64,000 nt of DNA from an uncultured Pseudomonadota bacterium. GTDB lineage: Bacteria; Pseudomonadota; Alphaproteobacteria; JACZXZ01. Each line of letters begins with the position of its first letter. Position 1 is the first letter of the stretch. The notes under the pieces are model-generated. The model saw only the letters and a list, made by a program, of their open reading frames with translations, was not told the origin of the DNA and made no database searches. The DNA is taken from assembly GCA_963749075.1 (NCBI GenBank), contig CAVVLJ010000020.1, positions 32,001 through 96,000 on the forward strand, read 5' to 3'. Positions 18,803-27,323 of this stretch are shown here, in pieces. The position numbers were made by a program, and so were the translations under genes.

Positions 18803-21135
18803 GGCGCGCCGCCTAAGGCCTCCTGCACGACGCGAGAGCCCGGAAGGAGCCGCACGACGAAGCGCGGGAACAATGGCTGGAGCTTGACGATGAAATCCCA
18901 CGCCATCAGCAAGGCACCGAGCGCGAAGACGATGTCGCCGGGCATCCGCATCCACTGCCAGAACAGCGTCGTGTCGTAGAAGGCACTGCTCCGCGCATAG
19001 GCGAGCCCATGCTCGTAAACGGCATCGAGTTGCGGCCAGCCGATCGGAAAGAAGTTGAAGACGATCCAGAGAACCAGGCCGCCGTTGTAGAGCCAGAAGG
19101 CCCACCGGCCAAGCCGCTCCCCGAACGGGTGGCGGTCGGCCGCCACGTAACGCAGGCAGAAATAGATCAGCCCGATGCCGAGGAGACCGAAGGCCCCGAA
19201 CAACGCGGTATGCGCGTGATTCAACGTGAGGAAAGTGCCGTGCTCATAGTAGTTGACCAGCGGGGCGTTGAGCGTGCCGCCGCCGAAGACGCCGGCCCCG
19301 ACGAAGTTCCAGAACGCGGCACCGATGATGTAGCTGTAAGCGAGCCCGTATTTGAACTCGCCGTGCCTCTTGATCAGGCGGTGATGCTGGATCGCCTCGA
19401 TGATCAGCAGCACGAGGGGCAGCACCTCGATGAAGGAGAACATGGTGCCGAGCGGCACCCATAGGCCCGGCTCGCCGGCCCAATAGAGATGATGCCCGGT
19501 GCCGAGCACGCCGCCGAGGAAGATCAGGATCAGCTCGAGATACACGGACCGCTCGGCGAGCTGGCGCGAGACGAGACCGACCGCCATCAAGAGATAGGCG
19601 CTGATCGCCGCGGCGAAGAACTCGAAGGACTGCTCGACCCAGAGATGGACGACCCACCAGCGCCAGAAGTCCGAGATCGTGAAGGACTTCTCGATGCCGG
19701 TGAGCGGGATCATGCCGAAGACGTAGAGCAGCGCGATATTGACGGTGGATGCCCAAAGCAGGTGTTCGAGCCTGATCCGCCCGGTCCAGAATTGCCGCGT
19801 CGCCGCCGCCAGCTTCGCGCGGGTCGGCCAGAGCGCGCGAAAGACGAGCAGGGTCCAGATGACGAGACCGGCGAAGAAACCGATCTGCCAGGCGCGGCCG
19901 AGCTGGATGTAGGACAGACCCTGATTGCCGACCCAGAACCAGCCTTCATGGATATAGCCCATGATGCCGAGATAATTGCCGGCGAGCGCGCCCACGACGA
20001 TGATGAGCGTCACCCAGAACAAGAGATCGACGAGAAAGCCCTGCCCCCTGGGCTCGCCGCCGCTGATCGCGGGGGCGAGAAAGAGGGCCGCACCGATCCA
20101 CGAAAGGCCGATCCAGACGATCGGCGTCTGGATATGAACGTCGCGCAGGAAATTGAACGGCAGGAAGCGGTCGACCTCGAGCCCGTAGAAGCTCGTCCGG
20201 TCGGTATAATAGTGCGCCATGAGCGAGCCGACGAGGATTTGCAGGAGGAGAACTCCCGCCACGACGAGGAAGTATTTTCCGATCCGCCGCTGGCTCGCGG
20301 TCAAAGGCCCGAACCTCGCCAGCACGGGGTCCATCGGCGCCTGGTCGGGATCGTTCAGATAACGCTCGTAGACGTACAGCACCGCGCCGAAGGCGAAGAA
20401 GGTGAAGCAGAAGCTGATCCAGGTCCATCGGAAGGTGCTGGTGGTGGGCGAATTGCCGACCAGCGGCTCGAAAGGCCAGTTCTGCGTCCAGGACGCGGTC
20501 GTCCCCGGCCGCCGTGCGACGGTCGTCAGCGATGAATAGATCAGGAAGTCGGCGGTCTCTGCGGCGCTCTGCTCGTCGAGGCTGTAAGCCTGGGTCCAGC
20601 CCTTGGAAAAGTCGTGACGGAGGAGCGACTGCGCGATCTCGCCGCGCAGCCTCGTGATCGCGGCTGCCACGGCCTCGGGAACGTTCGCGACCTGCTTGCT
20701 GAGATCGATGCCTTGGAGCTCGACCTGCATCGCCGCCTTGACCGACGCTTGCTCCTCCGCGGTCAAATCCGGCAACGCCTTGCCGGTCTTCGTCTTGGCG
20801 ATCTCGTCTTCGGTCAGCGTGGCGAGCCGGACCAGGTTGGCGGCCGTATAGTCCTCGCCGAAATAAGACCCCATGCCATAGAGGCTGCCGTAATCCATCA
20901 GATCGGCCTTCTGGAAGCCTGCCTTGCCCGCCGCGATGTCGGCGGCGGACATGAGGAGCGTGCCGTCCGGGGAAACGAAGCGATCCGGAAAGGGCGGCGC
21001 CGCCTTGTAGGTCAGCCCGGTCGTCCAGCCCAAGATGGCGAACGTCACGACGGCAACGGCCAGCAGGATCCATTTGAGCACGTTGCTGACGGGGTCCTCG
21101 GCGGTCCGATCAGCAGCATCCGAGCGCATCGCCAT
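18799..21135 (-). CDS. norB: Quinol-dependent nitric oxide reductase (qNor, NorZ-type large subunit)
   Basis: GSLYGMGSYFGEDYTA, WRWWVVHLWVE, GTGHHLYW, YYEHGT...HAHTALFG, WMRMPGD. Confidence 0.92.
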   Translation of the reverse strand: MAMRSDAADRTAEDPVSNVLKWILLAVAVVTFAILGWTTGLTYKAAPPFPDRFVSPDGTLLMSAADIAAGKAGFQKADLMDYGSLYGMGSYFGEDYTAANLVRLATLTEDEIAKTKTGKALPDLTAEEQASVKAAMQVELQGIDLSKQVANVPEAVAAAITRLRGEIAQSLLRHDFSKGWTQAYSLDEQSAAETADFLIYSSLTTVARRPGTTASWTQNWPFEPLVGNSPTTSTFRWTWISFCFTFFAFGAVLYVYERYLNDPDQAPMDPVLARFGPLTASQRRIGKYFLVVAGVLLLQILVGSLMAHYYTDRTSFYGLEVDRFLPFNFLRDVHIQTPIVWIGLSWIGAALFLAPAISGGEPRGQGFLVDLLFWVTLIIVVGALAGNYLGIMGYIHEGWFWVGNQGLSYIQLGRAWQIGFFAGLVIWTLLVFRALWPTRAKLAAATRQFWTGRIRLEHLLWASTVNIALLYVFGMIPLTGIEKSFTISDFWRWWVVHLWVEQSFEFFAAAISAYLLMAVGLVSRQLAERSVYLELILIFLGGVLGTGHHLYWAGEPGLWVPLGTMFSFIEVLPLVLLIIEAIQHHRLIKRHGEFKYGLAYSYIIGAAFWNFVGAGVFGGGTLNAPLVNYYEHGTFLTLNHAHTALFGAFGLLGIGLIYFCLRYVAADRHPFGERLGRWAFWLYNGGLVLWIVFNFFPIGWPQLDAVYEHGLAYARSSAFYDTTLFWQWMRMPGDIVFALGALLMAWDFIVKLQPLFPRFVVRLLPGSRVVQEALGGAP

Positions 21136-21257
21136 GCCTCAATCCCTCCCGGCTCGAGTATTGCTGCGCGCTTTCCGGCCGCCGCGCCTGAAACGACCCG
21201 CTTCGGCCGGCATCCGCCATCCGGCCGGCACGGTGCTCGACGTGAGTACCCTATTCA

Positions 21258-21271
21258 TTGATCTGAATCAA
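21258..21271. promoter_or_regulatory. FNR/FixK-type box
   Basis: Perfect TTGAT-ctga-ATCAA in the divergent norB / regulator intergenic region. Confidence 0.85.
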
Positions 21272-21278
21272 TGATATG

Positions 21279-21294
21279 TGTGATTGAGATCACA
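21279..21294. promoter_or_regulatory. CRP-type box
   Basis: Perfect TGTGA-ttgaga-TCACA 7 nt from the FNR box. Confidence 0.7.
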
Positions 21295-21352
21295 TTGATC
21301 TCGGGGCGATCGTCATGCAACGTGCCCCGGTGACGCGAAGCCTTCGAACGCC

Positions 21353-22120
21353 ATGACAGGACCGGCACCCGAACTGGAAGCTCTGCCTTTGTTCAGGGCG
21401 CTCCCGGCGTCGAGCCGCGCGGAATTGGTGCAGAATTCCGTCCTGCATGCGGTGGCGGCCGGCACGGTGCTCTTCGAACAGGGCGAGCTGCCGACGTTCC
21501 AGCATGTCGTCCTGGCCGGTTCGGCGCATCTTGTCGGCCGATCGATGACGGGACGCGAAGTGCTGATCGAGGTGGTCGAGCCGCCGGATCTCGTCATCCC
21601 GGCCGCGGTCGTCACCGGATCGCCCTATCTCATGCGGGCGCGCGTTCCCGAGCCGTCGCGGCTGCTCCTGATCCACGCGGGCACCTTCCGCAGCACCGTG
21701 CTGCGAGAGCCGCTCTTGGCACAGGAAGTGATCGGCAGCCTCGCCGGGCAGTTCCGACGCCTGGTTCGGCAGATCAAGAACCTGAAGCTCCGCACGGCCA
21801 CAGAGCGTGTCGGATGCTATCTCCTCGTCCTCTCCAGGCGGCAGGGCACGCCGCAGCGCGCCATTCTGCCCTACGAGAAGAACCTGATCGCATCGGAACT
21901 CGGCATAACGCGCGAGAGCTTTTCGCGCGCCCTGTCCGCGCTCCAGGCGGAGGGCGTCGTGGTCCAGGGCGAGATCATCACGATCCTGAACGCGAAACGG
22001 CTCGCGGCGGCTTGCGGACTCGACCCGTTGATCGACGGTCCGGACGGCCCGTTGCAGGCGCAAGAGGGCGAGCGGGAGCGGCCGCCCGGGAAAACGCGAT
22101 CGCGGAGATTCCATGGCTGA
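21353..22120 (+). CDS. Crp/Fnr family transcriptional regulator (FtrB-like, no Fe-S cysteine cluster)
   Basis: cNMP-fold N-terminus (LFEQGE), LKLRTATERVGCYL, LPYEKNLIASELGITRESFSRAL HTH. Confidence 0.9.
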   Translation: MTGPAPELEALPLFRALPASSRAELVQNSVLHAVAAGTVLFEQGELPTFQHVVLAGSAHLVGRSMTGREVLIEVVEPPDLVIPAAVVTGSPYLMRARVPEPSRLLLIHAGTFRSTVLREPLLAQEVIGSLAGQFRRLVRQIKNLKLRTATERVGCYLLVLSRRQGTPQRAILPYEKNLIASELGITRESFSRALSALQAEGVVVQGEIITILNAKRLAAACGLDPLIDGPDGPLQAQEGERERPPGKTRSRRFHG

Positions 22121-22592
22121 CGTCACGATTGCTCTCGCGATCCATGTGTTGGCGGTCGTGCTCTGGATCGGCGGCGTCGCGATGGTGACGACCGTCCTGC
22201 TGCCCGCGGTGGGGCGGTTCAAGAGTGCCGAGGAGCGGATCGCGTTCTTCGAGACGATCGAGCGCCGCTTCGCCTGGCAGGCGCGCGGCACGACGGTGCT
22301 CGCTGGCGCCAGCGGCTTCTACATGATGGACCGGCTGAACCTGTGGCGCGAAATGCTGACGGCCGAAAATTGGTGGCTCGGTGCGATGGTCGCGGTGTGG
22401 CTCCTGTTCACGGTGATGCTGTTCATCGCCGAGCCGCTGTTCCTCGACCGTTGGTTCGCGGCACGGGCGCGGCGCGCTCCGGAGAGCACCTTCGCGCTGC
22501 TCCAGAGATTTCACTGGGTCTTGCTGATGCTAAGCCTTGTCACGATCTTCGGCGCCGTCGCCGGAAGTCACGGCCTGTCCTTTTTCGGCTGA
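22113..22592 (+). CDS. Uncharacterised four-TM membrane protein (CopD/DUF4149-like)
   Basis: AIHVLAVVLWIGG, ERRFAWQAR, C-terminal AVAGSHG; overlaps the regulator stop. Confidence 0.75.
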   Translation: MADVTIALAIHVLAVVLWIGGVAMVTTVLLPAVGRFKSAEERIAFFETIERRFAWQARGTTVLAGASGFYMMDRLNLWREMLTAENWWLGAMVAVWLLFTVMLFIAEPLFLDRWFAARARRAPESTFALLQRFHWVLLMLSLVTIFGAVAGSHGLSFFG

Positions 22593-22879
22593 GGACCCCG
22601 AGCGCGAGCCAGGCGATCGTTCGCACCTTCGGGTTTTGAGCCGACAAATCGAATTCGCCGGCGCGCCGCAGTCGATGAAAGTGGACGCGCCACGTTCGTG
22701 ATAGCGCTATGATGAAAGTTTATTGGGAGTCGCGGCCGTCGGAACCGGGACGGGCTGCGATATAGCACTTCGCCATCTCAGCCGGCCGCTTCGCCTCGAT
22801 GTGGGGCAGCCAATGCGGTCGCAAGGGATCTTCGGCGAGGCCGGTATTCGATCGCAGCAGCTGGAAGCGGGTCGGTGCC

Positions 22880-23428
22880 ATGCAGTCGTCGGAGTCCCAA
22901 GTCGATGCGATCCTGTCGCGGCGGTTTCCCGGCCCGCTGACCTTCTATCGATCGCGCAAGAAGTGGCTGTTGCTCCTCCTGATCGGCGGCCTCTTCACCG
23001 CCGGCGGTTTTTGGATGGTCTCGGACGGGGCTTCGGGGGGATGGTTCGTTCTTGCCTTCTTTGCCTGCGGCTCGGTCGTTGCCGCGACGATGCTGTTGCC
23101 GGGTGCGGGCGCGCTGACCCTGGACGGGGACGGCTTCCAGGCGACGACGCTGTTCCGCCGCCGCCGTTCGCGCTGGCGGGACGTGACGGGGTTCGAGCCC
23201 GTATCGATTCCACCCTCGACCGGCAAGCTGGTGGTCTATGACGACAGCAACCTCACGGGCGGCACGATGGCGAAGCTGAGCACCGCGATTGCCGGCCGCA
23301 ATGCCGGCCTGCCCGACACCTATGGGCTCTCGGCCGAGGATCTCGCCCGGCTCATGACGCTCTGGCGGGACCGGGCGCTGGCCGCATCATTGCCGAGCAT
23401 GCCCCAGGCCGGGCACCGGTCGCGATAG
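22880..23428 (+). CDS. Hypothetical two-TM protein, STM3941-like
   Basis: SRKKWLLLL TM pair, LTLDGDG, RWRDV (PH-like), LPDTYGLS; start may be 22799. Confidence 0.6.
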   Translation: MQSSESQVDAILSRRFPGPLTFYRSRKKWLLLLLIGGLFTAGGFWMVSDGASGGWFVLAFFACGSVVAATMLLPGAGALTLDGDGFQATTLFRRRRSRWRDVTGFEPVSIPPSTGKLVVYDDSNLTGGTMAKLSTAIAGRNAGLPDTYGLSAEDLARLMTLWRDRALAASLPSMPQAGHRSR

Positions 23429-23510
23429 GCTCGATGGCGCCCCTCCCGATCGGGAGCGCGAGCCTGCTCCCGGGGCCGTCATGGAGGGCGTCCTCGAGCG
23501 TTCCGGAACG

Positions 23511-23690
23511 TCACTGGATGTCGATATAGGAAAGCGCCGCGTTAGCCGCGTCCTCCGGGAACTTGATCAGGCACACAAGCGATATGGCGGCGAGAAGGAC
23601 AAGGACGAGAACCTCGGCCACCGGCAGCTGGGCAACCAGTCTTGCGCCATTGGCGATGCGGACGGGCAGAGCGGAGTTGTGCGGTCCCAT
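23511..23690 (-). CDS. 59-aa single-TM small protein (not in the ORF track)
   Basis: AAGGGAG RBS then MGPHNSALPVRIANGARLVAQLPVAEVLVLVLLAAISLVCLIKFPEDAANAALSYIDIQ*. Confidence 0.55.
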   Translation of the reverse strand: MGPHNSALPVRIANGARLVAQLPVAEVLVLVLLAAISLVCLIKFPEDAANAALSYIDIQ

Positions 23691-24039
23691 AATCTGCTCC
23701 CCTTGATGCTCGCCGCCCTTATAGGGTTTTGCCGTCGTGTTCGTCAGTGACTGGAATCACAACCGGATCCAAGACGGCAATAGCGGAAGCCGCTTCGAGC
23801 ACGCCGGGGCGGCGCGCTGCCTGGATCGCCGCTGAAAGGGACCGGAGCCAGGCGATGACCGGCGCCCGGGCCGCAGCCGGGCACATGTAGCGCGCGAGCG
23901 GAATCGCCGCAGCGAGACGGCAGGCGATGCGCATCCCCCGCCGCTCGCCTGAGCGGCGGCCGGGCAAGAGCACCACGGGGCTCGCCCGCGGCTTTATGGC
24001 GGTTTTGCCGTGGCTCCTCGCCTGACGCCGAGGCCGCCG

Positions 24040-24354
24040 TCAGTTCTCCAAGATCTTCTGGCCTTTCAGGACCAGATTCGTGGAGGCCTTGATGCTCGTC
24101 GCGCCGGAGCTCTCGCTGGAGATGTCCTTGCCTTTGATCTGAATTGTGCCGTCCGGTTTGAGCGTGATGGATGCGTCGCCGCTCTTGATGACGACAAGCT
24201 GACGATGGATCGAGACCGCGGCCTCCAAATGCCTCAAGTCGCGATGAAGTTGGTGCACAAGGCCCGCGAGCTTTTGCACCAACTCGTCGGACGTGCCGGA
24301 CTGGAGGGTATGCTGGAGACTTTGAATCTCGAGTTCGCGTATTTCGATCGGCAT
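24040..24354 (-). CDS. 104-aa protein resembling a VgrG/gp5 C-terminal beta-helix tip
   Basis: AAGGGAGGGG RBS; C-terminus IKSGDASITLKPDGTIQIKGKDISSESSGATSIKASTNLVLKGQKILEN. Confidence 0.65.
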   Translation of the reverse strand: MPIEIRELEIQSLQHTLQSGTSDELVQKLAGLVHQLHRDLRHLEAAVSIHRQLVVIKSGDASITLKPDGTIQIKGKDISSESSGATSIKASTNLVLKGQKILEN

Positions 24355-24597
24355 TGACGCCCCTCCCTTGGCTGCGACAGGACCGGCTGCTCGGGGTCGC
24401 GAGGTTGGCGACGATGCTGCCGTAACGCAGCCCGGCCGGCACGTCGGTGCCCGAGTCTTCCCGGTCTCGCCCCCTTCGGCAAGGGCTCTGCCGATCGTTC
24501 CGTGAGGCGGCGCAATATTGCCGGCGCCGATTGACCGCGATGTGCTTCCAAATCCGCTCGGCGAATTTCCGCTACGGAGATAACTCATTGAAATTAT

Positions 24598-24674
24598 TGG
24601 CGCGCCCGAGGGGATTCGAACCTCTGACCTTTGCCTCCGGAGGGCAACGCTCTATCCAGCTGAGCTACGGGCGC
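24598..24674 (-). tRNA. tRNA-Arg(CCG)
   Basis: GCGCCCG acceptor stem, TAGCTCAGCTGGATAGAGC D arm, TTGCC-CTCCGGA-GGCAA anticodon arm, GGTTCGAATCC, encoded CCA. Confidence 0.97.
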
Positions 24675-24750
24675 GGAGGGCCGCTTGGGGACCCGCGTCT
24701 CTCTTACTGCAAAGCCGGCGGGAAAGCAAAGGGCCAACTCCGTTCGAGCT

Positions 24751-27258
24751 CTATTCCGCCCCGGCGGCGGCACTCTCCTCGTTCATGCGCAGGCGCGCCG
24801 CGGCCACCCGGTCGATCTCCGCCTTGGCGCTCGGGTGGGCCGCGAGAAAACGCTGGAAATCGCCTCCGCTCATCACGAGGAGCTGGCAATAGCCGAGGGC
24901 TACCACGTCCGCCTGGCGCCGCCGGTTGGCGAGGAGTGCGAGCTCGCCGAAGAAGTCGCCGCGTCCGAGCCGCACCTTGTGGCTCGGCAGCACCACCTCG
25001 ACCGCTCCCGAGGAGATGAAGTAGACGCTGCTGCCGCGATCCCCCATGGCGATGATCCTCTCTCCGGGCACCGCGAGGCGCGGATGGAAGAGGCGCGCGA
25101 GCGTCGTGAGCTGTGCCGCCTCGAGATGACCGAACATGTCGAAGCGTTTCAAGAGCGCCTCTGTGCGCAAGCCCAGGTCGAGCGGCGGCTGGCGCTCCGC
25201 GCGCCGCTCGGCGGCCCGGTGCCCGCGCTGCAGGTCGTCGAAGAGCTCGCGCCCGACGAGACCGTCGTCGTGCAGCTCGCGGTATTGCGAGAGCTCGAGG
25301 CGGAGGGCCGCCTGCGCGAGGAAGCGCCCCTCCAGCGCCTCGGCGTGATCGGGATATTGCAGGCGGAGCGCCTCGAGCGCCCGCGCAGCGACCTCGGCGC
25401 GCCCCGCCATCATCTCGCCGAGGAGCTCGGCCACGCGCCCGCCCAAGAGCGGACGCAGGCGCCTCTGGTTGAAGTGCTTGAGCTGCTCGAGCACCAGCCG
25501 CAGCAGCATGAGCGCCTCGAAGCGCGCCGAGATCTGGCGCTGCAGGGGACGGTCGATGCCGAGATGGCGGTGGAGGAAATGGGCGATGCGGAACGCCGGC
25601 CGGAAATCGACCAGCTTGCGCACCGCGCGATTGTAGCCGACGCGGCCCTCCACCCTGGCGGCGTCGAGGATCAGGCCCACGCCGCGCACCAGCCGCTCGA
25701 TCACCGGCGCCGAGACGGTGCGCTGCGCGTGGTGGTCGAGGATGAGGCGGCGCTCGCGGTTGGCGAGCGCCACGAGGCCGATGCGGATGCGGTCGCGGTC
25801 GAGGATCGCCTCCTCGACGGCGGGCTGGGCTGCCACCTCGGCGATGCGCGCCTCGTAGGGCCGGCCCACCGCGCGCGCCACGGCGGGTGCGATCTCGTAG
25901 GCGCGGACGATCTCCTTGACCGCGTCGCGCACCTCGGCGAGCGAGAGGGCGAGCACCTTGTTGCGCAGCGCCTGGTTCAAGGGCGACAGCCGGTCGAGCT
26001 TGAGGAGCTTGATGGCGGGCCGCAGCGTGAGCCCGTTGACGAGGAGCGTGAAGATCACGAATCCCGTGGCCAGCACGGCGATGAGGCGCTGCACCTGCGG
26101 GTCGATGGCCGGGTTCTCGGTCACCGCCAGCGCCAGCGCTAACGTGACGGCGCCGCGCAGGCCGCCCCAGGCGATCGCCAGCTTGTAGGCGCCGCTCACT
26201 TTCTCCGCGAGGCGGACGGCGCTCAGCACCGGCATGACCGCGAAGAGCACGAGCGCGCGCGACGCCAGCGCCGCCGCCACCACCACCATGATAAGCACGA
26301 GGTCCCCGAGATCGCTACCGCCGAGCAGCTTCGGCACCAGGATCGAGGCGGCGAGGAAGACGAGGGAGCCGGCCCAGAAGGCGATCTGCTCCCACACGCG
26401 CTCGAGGTAGAGCCAATTGGCGGGGGAGGTCCGGGCGCGGCCGACGACGCCGAGCGTGAGGCCGGCCGCCACCACCGAGACGACGCCCGAGACCTCGAAC
26501 ACGTGCTCGCCGAGGACATAGACGAGATAGGGCAGCGCCAGCGTGAGCGTGGCCTCGGCGGTGCGCAGGCCGCCCAGAAGCGGGAACAGCATGCCGGCAA
26601 GCCGCGCGCCCGCGACGCCCCAGGCGATGCCGCCGAGGAAGGTCACCGCAAAGCGTTCGGCGCCGGCGAGCAGATCCGGCGGCCGGCCCTCGATCAGCCC
26701 GTCGAGGAGCACGCCGAAGAGCACGATCGCCGCCGCGTCGTTGAGCAGGCTCTCGCCTTCGACGAGGCGCTGCAAGCGCTGGGGTGCTCCGAGCTCGCGG
26801 AAGATCGCGATGACCGCCGCCGGGTCGGTGGTCGCGACGATGGCGCCGAGGAGGAGCCCCACCACGAGCGGCACATGGGCGGCGAAGGAGACCGCGTAGC
26901 CGATCGCCGCCGCCGCGGCGAAGACCGCGACCACGGCGAGTGCGAGGATGGGGGCCGCGTCCTCGGCCATCTCCCGCACGTCGATGGTGATCGCGGCCTG
27001 GAACAGGAGGAGCGGCAGGAAGACGACGAGGAAGACCGAGGCGTTGAACGGCAGGTTGACGATCGGCTCGACGATGTCGTTGAAGGCGTCGGTCAGGGGC
27101 GTATAGAGCAGGAAGGCCGAACCCGCGCCGACGGCGACGCCGACCACGGCAAGAAGCACGGTATAGGGCAGGTGGAGCCGCTCGGCGAGCGGCTGGATCA
27201 GGCTCACCAGCACCAGAAGACCGGCGATGATGAGCGTGACGGTCGCGACATCGATCAA
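24751..27258 (-). CDS. CPA1 (NhaP-type) cation:proton antiporter with C-terminal cNMP-binding domain
   Basis: ATTDPAAV, EGESLLNDAAAI, WGGLRGAVTLAL, GDFFGELALL...RQADV. Confidence 0.92.
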   Translation of the reverse strand: MIDVATVTLIIAGLLVLVSLIQPLAERLHLPYTVLLAVVGVAVGAGSAFLLYTPLTDAFNDIVEPIVNLPFNASVFLVVFLPLLLFQAAITIDVREMAEDAAPILALAVVAVFAAAAAIGYAVSFAAHVPLVVGLLLGAIVATTDPAAVIAIFRELGAPQRLQRLVEGESLLNDAAAIVLFGVLLDGLIEGRPPDLLAGAERFAVTFLGGIAWGVAGARLAGMLFPLLGGLRTAEATLTLALPYLVYVLGEHVFEVSGVVSVVAAGLTLGVVGRARTSPANWLYLERVWEQIAFWAGSLVFLAASILVPKLLGGSDLGDLVLIMVVVAAALASRALVLFAVMPVLSAVRLAEKVSGAYKLAIAWGGLRGAVTLALALAVTENPAIDPQVQRLIAVLATGFVIFTLLVNGLTLRPAIKLLKLDRLSPLNQALRNKVLALSLAEVRDAVKEIVRAYEIAPAVARAVGRPYEARIAEVAAQPAVEEAILDRDRIRIGLVALANRERRLILDHHAQRTVSAPVIERLVRGVGLILDAARVEGRVGYNRAVRKLVDFRPAFRIAHFLHRHLGIDRPLQRQISARFEALMLLRLVLEQLKHFNQRRLRPLLGGRVAELLGEMMAGRAEVAARALEALRLQYPDHAEALEGRFLAQAALRLELSQYRELHDDGLVGRELFDDLQRGHRAAERRAERQPPLDLGLRTEALLKRFDMFGHLEAAQLTTLARLFHPRLAVPGERIIAMGDRGSSVYFISSGAVEVVLPSHKVRLGRGDFFGELALLANRRRQADVVALGYCQLLVMSGGDFQRFLAAHPSAKAEIDRVAAARLRMNEESAAAGAE

Positions 27259-27323
27259 GCGGCTGTGCTCCGTTTCTCGGCTGCGGACGTCGGGCGATTA
27301 TAGCGGAGGGTGCCGTGCCAATC

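Noticed and set aside
18799-21135. Nitric oxide dismutase (Nod) interpretation of the Nor protein
   Set aside because: Catalytic Glu residues, His ligands and quinol-site His/Asp appear retained, as in ordinary qNor
22647-22670. TCGAATTCGCCGGCGCGCCG resembling the tRNA 3' end (possible att site)
   Set aside because: Inverted relative to the tRNA and a poor match; an att duplicate should be a direct repeat
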